This document shows positions 19,248 through 28,198 of a DNA stretch of 64,000 bases, in pieces. The notes under the pieces were generated by a model that searched no databases, was not told where the DNA came from, and worked only from the letters and a program-made list of their open reading frames with translations. This DNA is from Candidatus Thorarchaeota archaeon. Its GTDB lineage: Archaea > Asgardarchaeota > Thorarchaeia > Thorarchaeales > Thorarchaeaceae. Position 1 is the stretch's first letter; each line of letters opens with the position of its first letter. A program made the translations under genes and the position numbers. Where the stretch lies: the NCBI GenBank assembly GCA_048884965.1, contig JBHLQH010000001.1:249559-313558 (forward strand). Reading direction: 5' to 3'.

Positions 19248-19718
19248 CTATACCTGCTTCCTCGCCCTTTTTATGAGGTAAGCTATCTGTCCTCCATGAT
19301 GGAATGCGTGATATCCTGCAATTATTCGCAGAATAGTTTCAACTGATCCTTCCCGTAGTTTTGCAGGTGGTGGAAGTGTCGACCATCTGTCCAGCATCTC
19401 ATCTGCCATCTTGTATAGAATCTCCTTGAATAACCTATAGCTTTGCCTAATATCAGATTCGACTCCTCCGTCATTGGTTTCTTGCTCCAGACTATCTAAT
19501 TGTATTCCTAGCTCCTCTGACAGATGAGCACACACAGCACCAATCGCCCATGCAACATGAGTGGCAATTTCATTAGCAGTTCTGCTATCTTCTGAGAGCT
19601 TCCAGTTCATCAGGGAATCATCATCGCTCATTTGAGATAGCAGCCAATTTCTTGCAGCTAGACCAAGTCGGAGTAGTTCTCCTCTTCTACCAGTAAGTCT
19701 CTCTTCCATCCTTGTCAC
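19248..19718 (-). CDS. DinB/YfiT-family protein
   Basis: TANEIATH and HAFHHGGQI His triad pattern. Confidence 0.75.
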   Translation of the reverse strand: MTRMEERLTGRRGELLRLGLAARNWLLSQMSDDDSLMNWKLSEDSRTANEIATHVAWAIGAVCAHLSEELGIQLDSLEQETNDGGVESDIRQSYRLFKEILYKMADEMLDRWSTLPPPAKLREGSVETILRIIAGYHAFHHGGQIAYLIKRARKQV

Positions 19719-19771
19719 CTTTTAATGGACATGTAAGTAAGGGAAAATCTCCTGAAATGTCATATGGTGTA

Positions 19772-20869
19772 TCATTTCTTCAGAGATATAACATCAAATT
19801 CATCATGTGAGATATCTGATAGCCTGCTCTCTAATAGTTTGATTGCTGGATCCGACTCATCGCATACAATCCATCTTCTCTTTGTCTCAGTCGCCGCTAT
19901 TGCGAGAGTTCCCGAACCTACAAAAAAGTCTGAAACGATGTCCCCGGGCATTGAGGCTGACTCAATAACTCGTTTCATGAGTGCAATTGGTTTCTGTGTG
20001 ATAAAGCCTGTGAACTCGTTGGATGAACCTTGTACCGGAGGTATATCAAGCCACAGGTCTGAAACAGGCAATCCTTTCACATCCGCTAGGTATTGTTTCT
20101 TAGTGTACCGTCCGTTTTTGCTTTTGTATATCAATCCCTGCTCCCACCATTCCTCCAATCTCTCTTTGCTGTAAAGGTATGGAGCTGAACGTCCCCGCCA
20201 ATCGTATATTTTTCGTCCTTGGGTTTTTTGAATTCCTTGAGCCTCAATCTCAATCAACCGGAATCTTCCTTTCTCATCCTCATAGCTATATGGCTTCTTT
20301 GACTTCTTATCATGAGGACGATAGATTGGATTTGTCTTGAACTGCGTACAGTCATTTGCATACAGTAGAATTACATCATGTTGGCAACCAAATCCTCTGC
20401 TCTGGCTTTTTGGGCTATTCGTTCTTTTCCAGATAATCTCATTAACAAAATTTGCATAGCCAAAGATATCGTCAAGTATCGTCTTGATATAGTGTGATAC
20501 ATGATAGTCGAGATGAACCCATAGACTCCCATCTTGCGTAAGAAGACCCCTCATCTTTTCTAACCTGACCCTCATAAAAGAGAGATACTCATCAAGTCCA
20601 CCTTCCCACTTGTCACTATAGCTATGCTTGTCCACAACCTTTGCAGCTTGTTCGACTGATGCTATTCCCCTTGTCTTAATGGAATAGTCGACATTGGAAA
20701 AGAACGGCGGATCAACATAGATGAGACGAATCATACCTTTCATCGATTCAGCAAGCATATCAATCGCATCGAGGCAATCTGCAAGTATCACTTGATTCCG
20801 CCATTCGGTCACTTTCAGTCCTGATGACTGTATGACATTTCCCTTTTGAGTGTTCATGAATTCCGACAT
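19772..20869 (-). CDS. Beta-class N6-adenine/N4-cytosine DNA methyltransferase (orphan)
   Basis: IYVDPPF catalytic motif preceding TQKP and the DFFVGSGT SAM motif. Confidence 0.9.
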   Translation of the reverse strand: MSEFMNTQKGNVIQSSGLKVTEWRNQVILADCLDAIDMLAESMKGMIRLIYVDPPFFSNVDYSIKTRGIASVEQAAKVVDKHSYSDKWEGGLDEYLSFMRVRLEKMRGLLTQDGSLWVHLDYHVSHYIKTILDDIFGYANFVNEIIWKRTNSPKSQSRGFGCQHDVILLYANDCTQFKTNPIYRPHDKKSKKPYSYEDEKGRFRLIEIEAQGIQKTQGRKIYDWRGRSAPYLYSKERLEEWWEQGLIYKSKNGRYTKKQYLADVKGLPVSDLWLDIPPVQGSSNEFTGFITQKPIALMKRVIESASMPGDIVSDFFVGSGTLAIAATETKRRWIVCDESDPAIKLLESRLSDISHDEFDVISLKK

Positions 20870-20922
20870 TGATATTAGTCAGATTTCACTTATGCATATT
20901 TCTGAAAGTGAGGTTATGTCCA

Positions 20923-23628
20923 ATGGATCAAGCCCGAGCACTCATAGTGACAATGATTTTGTCAATTCTGATTTTTCCAGGTGTTGTAGTTGGTCTTGTT
21001 GTTGCAGGTCCTCTGACACCCGCGCAATCTCCTACAACAACCACTGTTGCAGTCGTTGGCGCAGAAAACTCGCCAGCTATCATTGAATCATTAGAAATAG
21101 ATACCTCAGCTATTATTCTGAATGAGTTCTCTTCAATCGCGAGTGCATTGTCATCAGATGTTGATGTTCTAATCCTGATTGACGTTCCTATCCATAATGA
21201 AGATTTACTGTTTCTTAATTCTCATTTTGCAGGTGGTGGTGGTCTCTTTATCTTAACTGGACCCGAAATGACCGCTAACACTACTGGTTTTTCATACTTC
21301 AATATAACGACTTCCAACAGTCTTACTTCAAGTGTTGACAATGCAGGGGTTGTCACTAGGATGATGGATTCGACTCACCCCATCATGAGTTTTGATTGGT
21401 CTTCAGCCCCAGCTGCGGAGAAAATAACTATCCTTCCTCAATTGACATCCGCTAGTACAGTTCTACTCGCAAATGATACTGGATTTGGCACAGGTGGTGT
21501 GCCTTTGCTTGTGCATACATCAGTTGGTTCCGGTAACATACTAGTGTATACTCCATGGTTAACACTGAATTCGTCTGCAGAGAATCCTCAAGCAAATTAC
21601 GAGCTTATTCTGTGGCCATACTTCAACTATTTCCTCTATTCATCCTCAGTGTACCTTTCTGATCAGAGCCCTCTAACATATGCAGAATGGAGTTACTCTC
21701 CAATACCACACTTTGAGCAGCAGATGATTATTGGTGTGCTTGTGGCAGTAATAGGTATTGTCACTGCTACATCCTATCGAAGCATGAAGAAACGCTCTCT
21801 AGAGAAGAAGGAGATTCTATCTGAGATTGAGCGAGCAGAGCTTCTAATAGAGGTAACTGACGAAGTGGATGAATGGGAAGAAGTAGGGATGCATCGTCAG
21901 ATTGGTGGATTTCTAATTCAGCTCTTCCTTACTTTGATCTTAGTAATTCCAAGGGTAGTTCTAACAATCATGATCTATCCCAGATTCATTATGCCCTTCC
22001 CAACAGCTGCTGGATGGTACTCCTTTAGTGTGAATCTGTTTCTTGGATTATGGACACTTTTCGATCTTGGTACAAGTGTCGCATTAGCTAAGTACTTTGC
22101 AGAATACCGTGTTGAGCAACCAGAAGAAGCCGTTAAATATGCACAGATTTTCGTTTGGTTTCAGTGCATAACAGGTGTTGTACAAATCACAATAGTCGCC
22201 TTCATTGGATCTATTATTTTCCCACATACCTATCTAGCTCACCTGTCCTATGTTTTCATCGCCCATTCATTATTCCAATTTCCGGGCTTTACTCTGCTTT
22301 TCATTCATGTATTTAGAGGGATGAATAGGATTGACTATCAACAGATTGCAAACATTCTCAAGTATGTAGTATTCGACGCTCTCGCTCCCTACATTCTGAT
22401 TCTATCTTTCAGATGGTGGGGCTCTCAGAATCCGATATTTGGAGAAGCCCTAGGAGGTGCCATTGGACAGGCAATTGGGACATATGTGTCTGAGTGGATG
22501 GTATTTGGCGTATCAATGTGGCTTTTCAAGAAACTTGGATTTAGTATATCCACACTGTTCAGAATTGATTTTGATATGACACAGATAAGGAAGGCAATGA
22601 AGTTTGGAGCTAAATGGACTGTAGGCGCTGCAACCGTTCCGTTGGTATGGTTCTATCAGATGTTACTTGTAAGTACTAACCTGCTAAACTGGTCTGCATT
22701 GCAAGGTCAGTATCAACTCGCATGGGATCTGGCTATTATTGTTTCAGTTGTCGGTCTATTCATGGAGAGTATGCTAGGTGGTATCTCTGAATCGTTCTCA
22801 CGAGGAAAGAAGAAACTAACAGAGCTATATACTGCTCAGGGATTGAAATATGGAGCATTCTTCGTGTTTTGGCTAATCTCAGTTCTAGCCGCAACCGGAG
22901 CACGTGCGATATTAGGTGCAGCTGGACCAAACTGGGCTGTTGCCGCAGATCTATTGCAATTCTTCCTAATCTTCCAACTTATTGGTTTCTTCAGCTGGCT
23001 AGGTGATTGGATGTTCGCTGGAGCTGAGCGAACTGGCCTTGCTGCAAGCGTGTGGGTACTAGAACAAGTCATTCGAGCGATTGCAATGACTCTCTTTGTC
23101 TGGTATGAGCCTGTTATCTTCGGAATCTATCTAGGTGGAATGCCGGGGATAATTATTGGCTATGTCGTTGGACTGGTCGTAAAGGATATTGTTGCATGGA
23201 TACTAATCCGCAGGGAGATATCTGCTCCGAAGTTCTACACTTGGCAGAGCTATATTGGTCCAGCTCTCGCCGCGATCGCGAACTACATCATCCTAGAAGT
23301 CATTGCTAACATGATTTGGGACTACCCTGGAGATATTGTATCCTCAGCATTACTCTTCTTCATCGGCATTATTCCTTCACTGTATGTCTACTCATTCTTC
23401 AGTGGTATTACAGGGACTTGGGATGAAAGGACTCTTCAGGAGTTCAAGAGAGCATCTTCGATGGTGCGCATGAAAGGTGTAGGTTGGTTTGCGAGGCGAT
23501 TCTATGGATCTATCGCATTAGGCGCAAGAATATCTCCACTTCACAACCGATATCCTATCGACATATACGATGAGGCAATGGCTGAAGCGGAAGAGATCAC
23601 GCGTGAGAAGAAGCAACTGAAATTGTAG
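20923..23628 (+). CDS. Membrane protein: N-terminal soluble alpha/beta domain fused to a MOP/oligosaccharide-flippase-like multi-TM domain
   Basis: Likely start ATG 20923 (GAGGT upstream); N-terminal hydrophobic segment, DVLIL/GGGLF/GNILVY domain, then many TM helices with FDLGTSVALAKYFAE. Confidence 0.65.
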   Translation: MDQARALIVTMILSILIFPGVVVGLVVAGPLTPAQSPTTTTVAVVGAENSPAIIESLEIDTSAIILNEFSSIASALSSDVDVLILIDVPIHNEDLLFLNSHFAGGGGLFILTGPEMTANTTGFSYFNITTSNSLTSSVDNAGVVTRMMDSTHPIMSFDWSSAPAAEKITILPQLTSASTVLLANDTGFGTGGVPLLVHTSVGSGNILVYTPWLTLNSSAENPQANYELILWPYFNYFLYSSSVYLSDQSPLTYAEWSYSPIPHFEQQMIIGVLVAVIGIVTATSYRSMKKRSLEKKEILSEIERAELLIEVTDEVDEWEEVGMHRQIGGFLIQLFLTLILVIPRVVLTIMIYPRFIMPFPTAAGWYSFSVNLFLGLWTLFDLGTSVALAKYFAEYRVEQPEEAVKYAQIFVWFQCITGVVQITIVAFIGSIIFPHTYLAHLSYVFIAHSLFQFPGFTLLFIHVFRGMNRIDYQQIANILKYVVFDALAPYILILSFRWWGSQNPIFGEALGGAIGQAIGTYVSEWMVFGVSMWLFKKLGFSISTLFRIDFDMTQIRKAMKFGAKWTVGAATVPLVWFYQMLLVSTNLLNWSALQGQYQLAWDLAIIVSVVGLFMESMLGGISESFSRGKKKLTELYTAQGLKYGAFFVFWLISVLAATGARAILGAAGPNWAVAADLLQFFLIFQLIGFFSWLGDWMFAGAERTGLAASVWVLEQVIRAIAMTLFVWYEPVIFGIYLGGMPGIIIGYVVGLVVKDIVAWILIRREISAPKFYTWQSYIGPALAAIANYIILEVIANMIWDYPGDIVSSALLFFIGIIPSLYVYSFFSGITGTWDERTLQEFKRASSMVRMKGVGWFARRFYGSIALGARISPLHNRYPIDIYDEAMAEAEEITREKKQLKL

Positions 23629-23636
23629 AAGCGCAT

Positions 23637-23663
23637 CACGGGGGGTTACAATGACTCCCCGTG
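23637..23663. terminator. Hairpin between convergent genes
   Basis: cacggggggtta-caa-tgactccccgtg stem with G-U pairs, flanked by T-rich and A-rich runs. Confidence 0.55.
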
Positions 23664-23690
23664 TCTGCTTATTTTCATATAACGAAAAAA

Positions 23691-23939
23691 CTATAGATCA
23701 ACATCATCGACGATTTCGTCGCCGCCTTGAGTAGCTTCAACTTCTTCATCTTGGATTTTCTGTCTGACTAACCTAACCATATATCCCGCTACGCGGTTTC
23801 GAACGGTTTTTGTTCTAATATCTGTATATTGTTCAACGAGCCTCTTATTGGTCTCGAAGTCAGTTGTGAATTCTTCTTCGTAATACTGCATTAGTATTCG
23901 AGCTGCGTTTTTGATGTATCCGGGTCTAATACTTCCCAA
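23691..23939 (-). CDS. rps17e: Ribosomal protein S17e
   Basis: MGSIRPGYIK...FTTDFETNK...RNRVAGY; TTG start; acidic tail. Confidence 0.95.
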   Translation of the reverse strand: MGSIRPGYIKNAARILMQYYEEEFTTDFETNKRLVEQYTDIRTKTVRNRVAGYMVRLVRQKIQDEEVEATQGGDEIVDDVDL

Positions 23940-24035
23940 ATTTATCTCACCATGAGTTAGTCAGTTTTGCGATTCCACTCGATTGTGTTTATAAGTTGTG
24001 TGGTGGCTACCAATTTCATTGGCGGTGAAAGGCAG

Positions 24036-25796
24036 TTGCTTTACGAGGTATTGGCTCAGAAATATGACGAAATCGAAAAAGCATCTGGTTCAATTGAGAA
24101 GACAAACATCTTCTCAGACCTTCTCAAAGAAACACCTCGTGACCTCGTAGGCAAGGTTTTAGCCCTTACTATTGGCAAGCTGTTCCCAGACTGGAAAGGA
24201 GAACCTGAGCTGGGTGTAGCTGAGAGAACTGCAGTTCAGATAGTCGCAGCTGCGGCCTCTGTCCCCGAATCTGCAGTTTTCGATTCCCTTCGTCGTACAG
24301 GTGACATTGGAGTAACTGGTGAGAGTCTCCTTCAAGAGGGGATCGGGCAGATGTCTCTCTTCCCTCAGGAGATTACTATCACATCTGTCCACGATATCTT
24401 TCTAAAAGTCACGCGCGCCTCTGGTTCCGGAAGCAACAAAGAGAAGTTGGCTCTACTGGTGGGACTGCTGAATGATGCAAAGCCAATTGAGATTAGATAC
24501 TTACTGAGAACCATTACTGGGACAATGCGTCTTGGTCTAGGTTACATGGGTATAATGGACGCTCTTTCGATTGCGTTTGCAGGCGATAAGAAATTCCGGC
24601 CTGAGATTGAGAGTGCGTTCAATGTGTGTAGTGATCTTGTTGAGGTAGCCTCTCTTTTGGCAACTGAAGGACTAAGAGGGTTAGAGCATATCAAAGCGAA
24701 GGTAGGCATACCCATTCGGATGATGGCCGCAAAGAAATTATCCTCCGCCGCTGAGATCATTGAGAAAGCCGGAGGCTCAGTACTTGTTGAGTACAAATAC
24801 GATGGTGAGAGAGTACAGGTCCACAAAGATGGGGAGAAAGTAGTGCTCTTCTCTCGTAGACAGGAAGTCATTACCTATCAGTATCCAGATGTTGTGGAAT
24901 ACGTAAGGAAACATGTCAAACCGTCTACTTGTGTTCTAGAAGGGGAATGCTTGGCAATCGACCCCCTAACCAATCGTATCAGACCATTTCAAGATCTGAT
25001 GAGAAGAAGACGGAAAACTGGAATTGAGGAAATGCAAAAGGAAATCCCTGTGGTCATTCGTTTCTTTGATATTCTCTATTCGGAAGGAGAAGATGTAACA
25101 AGCAAGCCAATGTTAACCAGACGAGAACTCCTTTCAAAGGCTGTAGATTCCTGTGATGTCGTGGATCTAACTATTGGTGAAGTCATTGATCATCCTGATG
25201 CACTTGACGCAATGTTTGCTGAGGCAATTGATTCTGGTCATGAGGGAATCATTGCAAAGGCAATCCATAAAGATTCCACCTATCAGGCTGGGTCTCGAAG
25301 TTGGCTTTGGATAAAGCTGAAAGCTTCCTATCAGGAAGGTATGACTGACTCCGTAGATCTCGTTGTAGTTGGTGCAATGCATGGAAGAGGAAAACGAACT
25401 GGAGTCTATGGTACGATTCTGGCTTCCGCCTATGATCCTGTCAATGACACTTATCCTACTGTTTGCAAGATTGGAACTGGCTTCTCAGATGATGTCCTTA
25501 TTCAATTCAAGGATCGATTGGACATTCATAGGACTGAAGCAATGGACCCACGAGTTCTCTCCGACATCCAAGCTGATATATGGTTCGAACCAGTAATCGT
25601 TATTGAAGTCCTAGGTGATGAGATTACCATCAGTCCTACCCATCATGCAGGAAGGGGACAAATCAATGGTGGTGGTCTTGCTATCAGGTTCCCTAGGTTC
25701 ACAGGTCGTTGGCGTGATGATAAGGAGCCACATCAAGCGACAACTATAGCTGAACTGATTGAGATTTTTGAGAACCAGAAATCTCGTAGTACATAG
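24036..25796 (+). CDS. lig: ATP-dependent DNA ligase
   Basis: EYKYDGER, EGIIAK, WIKLK, DLVVVGA, RFPRF; likely TTG start at 24036 after GGTGA. Confidence 0.95.
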   Translation: MLYEVLAQKYDEIEKASGSIEKTNIFSDLLKETPRDLVGKVLALTIGKLFPDWKGEPELGVAERTAVQIVAAAASVPESAVFDSLRRTGDIGVTGESLLQEGIGQMSLFPQEITITSVHDIFLKVTRASGSGSNKEKLALLVGLLNDAKPIEIRYLLRTITGTMRLGLGYMGIMDALSIAFAGDKKFRPEIESAFNVCSDLVEVASLLATEGLRGLEHIKAKVGIPIRMMAAKKLSSAAEIIEKAGGSVLVEYKYDGERVQVHKDGEKVVLFSRRQEVITYQYPDVVEYVRKHVKPSTCVLEGECLAIDPLTNRIRPFQDLMRRRRKTGIEEMQKEIPVVIRFFDILYSEGEDVTSKPMLTRRELLSKAVDSCDVVDLTIGEVIDHPDALDAMFAEAIDSGHEGIIAKAIHKDSTYQAGSRSWLWIKLKASYQEGMTDSVDLVVVGAMHGRGKRTGVYGTILASAYDPVNDTYPTVCKIGTGFSDDVLIQFKDRLDIHRTEAMDPRVLSDIQADIWFEPVIVIEVLGDEITISPTHHAGRGQINGGGLAIRFPRFTGRWRDDKEPHQATTIAELIEIFENQKSRST

Positions 25797-25848
25797 GCAA
25801 CAGTTTTACATAGTGCGACGCACAGGAAGAAATCTGTCCGTGATAAGA

Positions 25849-26307
25849 ATGCATAGTATACGTGTTTCTGATTCAAAGATGGGATTCAGCTCAGCTCATT
25901 TCATAGTTACTGCTGATGAATACGAGTCGTTGCACGGTCATAATTACTCTGTTGAAGTTATTATCGAGGGCTCTCTTGATGAGTATGGAATGCTTCTTGA
26001 TTTCAGACAGGTCAAGAAAGAAGTATCACGTGTATGCAAAAGCATTGATCACAAGATTCTTCTTCCAGGCATATCTCCGCATCTCAGTATCCTAGAGGAA
26101 GGCGGACAGGTAGTCGTCCATGTTCTTGATCGGAAATACAGTTTTCCTGTTACTGATTGTATCATCCTTCCAATTAAAGCGACGACAGCTGAACTCCTTG
26201 CAGAATTCATACACAAAGAGATTGGATTCTCTTATCTGGGGAAAGTCACCGTCTGCGTGAGTGAAAACACTGGTACTATGGGCTGCTATACAGAAAAGAA
26301 GAAGTGA
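25849..26307 (+). CDS. 6-pyruvoyl-tetrahydropterin synthase family (T-fold), Glu-type active-site motif
   Basis: FSSAHF, YESLHGHNY, DF, DH, TTAELLA; likely start ATG 25849. Confidence 0.88.
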   Translation: MHSIRVSDSKMGFSSAHFIVTADEYESLHGHNYSVEVIIEGSLDEYGMLLDFRQVKKEVSRVCKSIDHKILLPGISPHLSILEEGGQVVVHVLDRKYSFPVTDCIILPIKATTAELLAEFIHKEIGFSYLGKVTVCVSENTGTMGCYTEKKK

Positions 26308-26312
26308 AGCGA

Positions 26313-27743
26313 TTAGGTCAATTCTGCCTGCGGAAACCAGATGAGGAATTTGGCTCCGTTTGATGGCTCATCAGGTATTCTGTTCTTCACATCAATTCTA
26401 CCACCATATTTTGTGACGATTTGCTTCGCTTGATGGATTCCTACACCCCCGAAGCGTCGTTCAGCATCGAATAATGACTCCTTCTGTTTATCAGGAATGC
26501 CTGGACCATTATCAGCAATAGAAAGTTCAAACCCTCTTGATTTCATTTGTATGTCTATCCATATATCCGAAGTCTTTCCCTGTCCGTGATCCACCGTATT
26601 ATCAAGAAGATTGCTAACCAAGTTAGAAAGGAATTTGTCTGCATTTATGAGAGCTTTATCTATCTCGCAATTCAGATGGATATTGATATTCTCGTTCCTA
26701 CTTTTAAATTCGGCAATGCATTCTTTCACTACAGAACATAGGCAGTGACTTGAAAGCGGCATGAATGGCAATTCAGCAGTTAGCGAAATGTTACTTATCA
26801 GCTGCTCACATTTTTGTACGGATTCTGAAATTCTCTCAATAAAGTGGTGGTTCCTTGAAGATTCCTGTGATTGATCGAGCAGGTCCGCACTTATTGTGAT
26901 AGCCTGAAGATAATTGCGGATATCATGGCCCATGATGTCTAGATATAACGTTGCCATATGATTGGAAGCTCTGAGTTGTTCCTCTGCGAGCTTGAGGTCT
27001 GTGATATCCCTGACCACTACGACAATATGCTCATTGTCCTCGTGCGGACTCAGATTTGCTGAGTGCCATTTTCGGATACCTGTAAGATTCGCCATATAAT
27101 CAAATAGAATCGTCTGTTTTTGGTCCAAGACTCTCTGGATTATTGACATGAATACGCTAGCTGTGCCTGATTCGAAGATATCTCCCACGTGTTTTCCTAG
27201 CATCTCAGTTGGTTCAGTATTAGGTTTGAGACTAGCTTTTGAATAATACTCTGTAACATATCCCTTAGCATCGAGTACAAAGATGGTATCACTCATAGAC
27301 TCGACAAGCATTCTATGACGGTTCTCGCTATTCTTTAGAGCTATATCTCCGAGTCGCTTCTGTTTTTTCAACAGAGTTTCTTCCAGCTCCCTCCTTATGG
27401 CTGGGACCAATCTGCTAAGATTCTCTTTTAGTATGTAGTCTTGTGCGCCAGCTCTCATCATTGATACTGCAGCTTGGTCAGATATTGTGCCGGAAACTAT
27501 GATCAATGGCATATCAGGGTCTACTTCGCGTATAATGTGCAAGGCTTTGTGCGCTTCGAACTCTGGCATTAGATAATCGCAGATTACGATATCCCAAGAC
27601 TCTAAGAGCGCTGCTCTTAATTCAGTTTCATTTGCTACTTGTTTTATTACCGGCTCGAACCCACCTTTCTTAAGATTCCTCTCTAGGAGTATGACATCAT
27701 CCTCTGAGTCTTCTATGCTTAGCACTCTGAGGTCAGTTTTCAC
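26313..27743 (-). CDS. Hybrid REC-PAS-histidine kinase
   Basis: IEDSEDD/CDYLMP/YILK receiver, PAS, HDIRNYL, NLLDN, ADNGPGI, GVGI. Confidence 0.9.
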   Translation of the reverse strand: MKTDLRVLSIEDSEDDVILLERNLKKGGFEPVIKQVANETELRAALLESWDIVICDYLMPEFEAHKALHIIREVDPDMPLIIVSGTISDQAAVSMMRAGAQDYILKENLSRLVPAIRRELEETLLKKQKRLGDIALKNSENRHRMLVESMSDTIFVLDAKGYVTEYYSKASLKPNTEPTEMLGKHVGDIFESGTASVFMSIIQRVLDQKQTILFDYMANLTGIRKWHSANLSPHEDNEHIVVVVRDITDLKLAEEQLRASNHMATLYLDIMGHDIRNYLQAITISADLLDQSQESSRNHHFIERISESVQKCEQLISNISLTAELPFMPLSSHCLCSVVKECIAEFKSRNENINIHLNCEIDKALINADKFLSNLVSNLLDNTVDHGQGKTSDIWIDIQMKSRGFELSIADNGPGIPDKQKESLFDAERRFGGVGIHQAKQIVTKYGGRIDVKNRIPDEPSNGAKFLIWFPQAELT

Positions 27744-28188
27744 TTCGATTACCTTCTTTGGGTCTTATATTTAATACAAGCCAGTATAAGCCTAATGTTT
27801 GGATTGCTTTCACAAATTGCTCGAAATCCACAGGCTTTTGGATGTAACTATTTGCCCCAAGATTATAGCAATCACAAACATCTCGATCTTCCCTCGATGA
27901 GCTGAGAATGACAACTGGCAGTCGTTTGAATCTACAATCATTTCTGAGCTCTTTTAGAAACTCCATTCCGCTCATTCGGGGCATGTTCAAATCGAGAAGG
28001 ATGACGATAGGATATTCGTCCTCGTTATCCCGATATTCGCCTTCCTTCCTCAAATAGGATAGTGCATCTATGCCATCCTCAGCAACAACCACTTCATTGA
28101 GGATATTGGATTTCTTGAGTGCTCGTTTTGTAAGGACTATGTCATCAGGGTTGTCTTCAACTAGCAGAATAATATCCGAACTCACCAT
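27733..28188 (-). CDS. Single-domain response regulator (Rcp-like)
   Basis: LLVEDNPDD, LLDLNMP, GANSYIQKP, LGLYWL. Confidence 0.92.
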   Translation of the reverse strand: MVSSDIILLVEDNPDDIVLTKRALKKSNILNEVVVAEDGIDALSYLRKEGEYRDNEDEYPIVILLDLNMPRMSGMEFLKELRNDCRFKRLPVVILSSSREDRDVCDCYNLGANSYIQKPVDFEQFVKAIQTLGLYWLVLNIRPKEGNRSEN

Positions 28189-28198
28189 CTTTCTCCTC

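Noticed and set aside
25580-25592. GGTTCGAACC resembling a tRNA T-loop
   Set aside because: It lies inside the ligase CDS (WFEP) and no cloverleaf forms.
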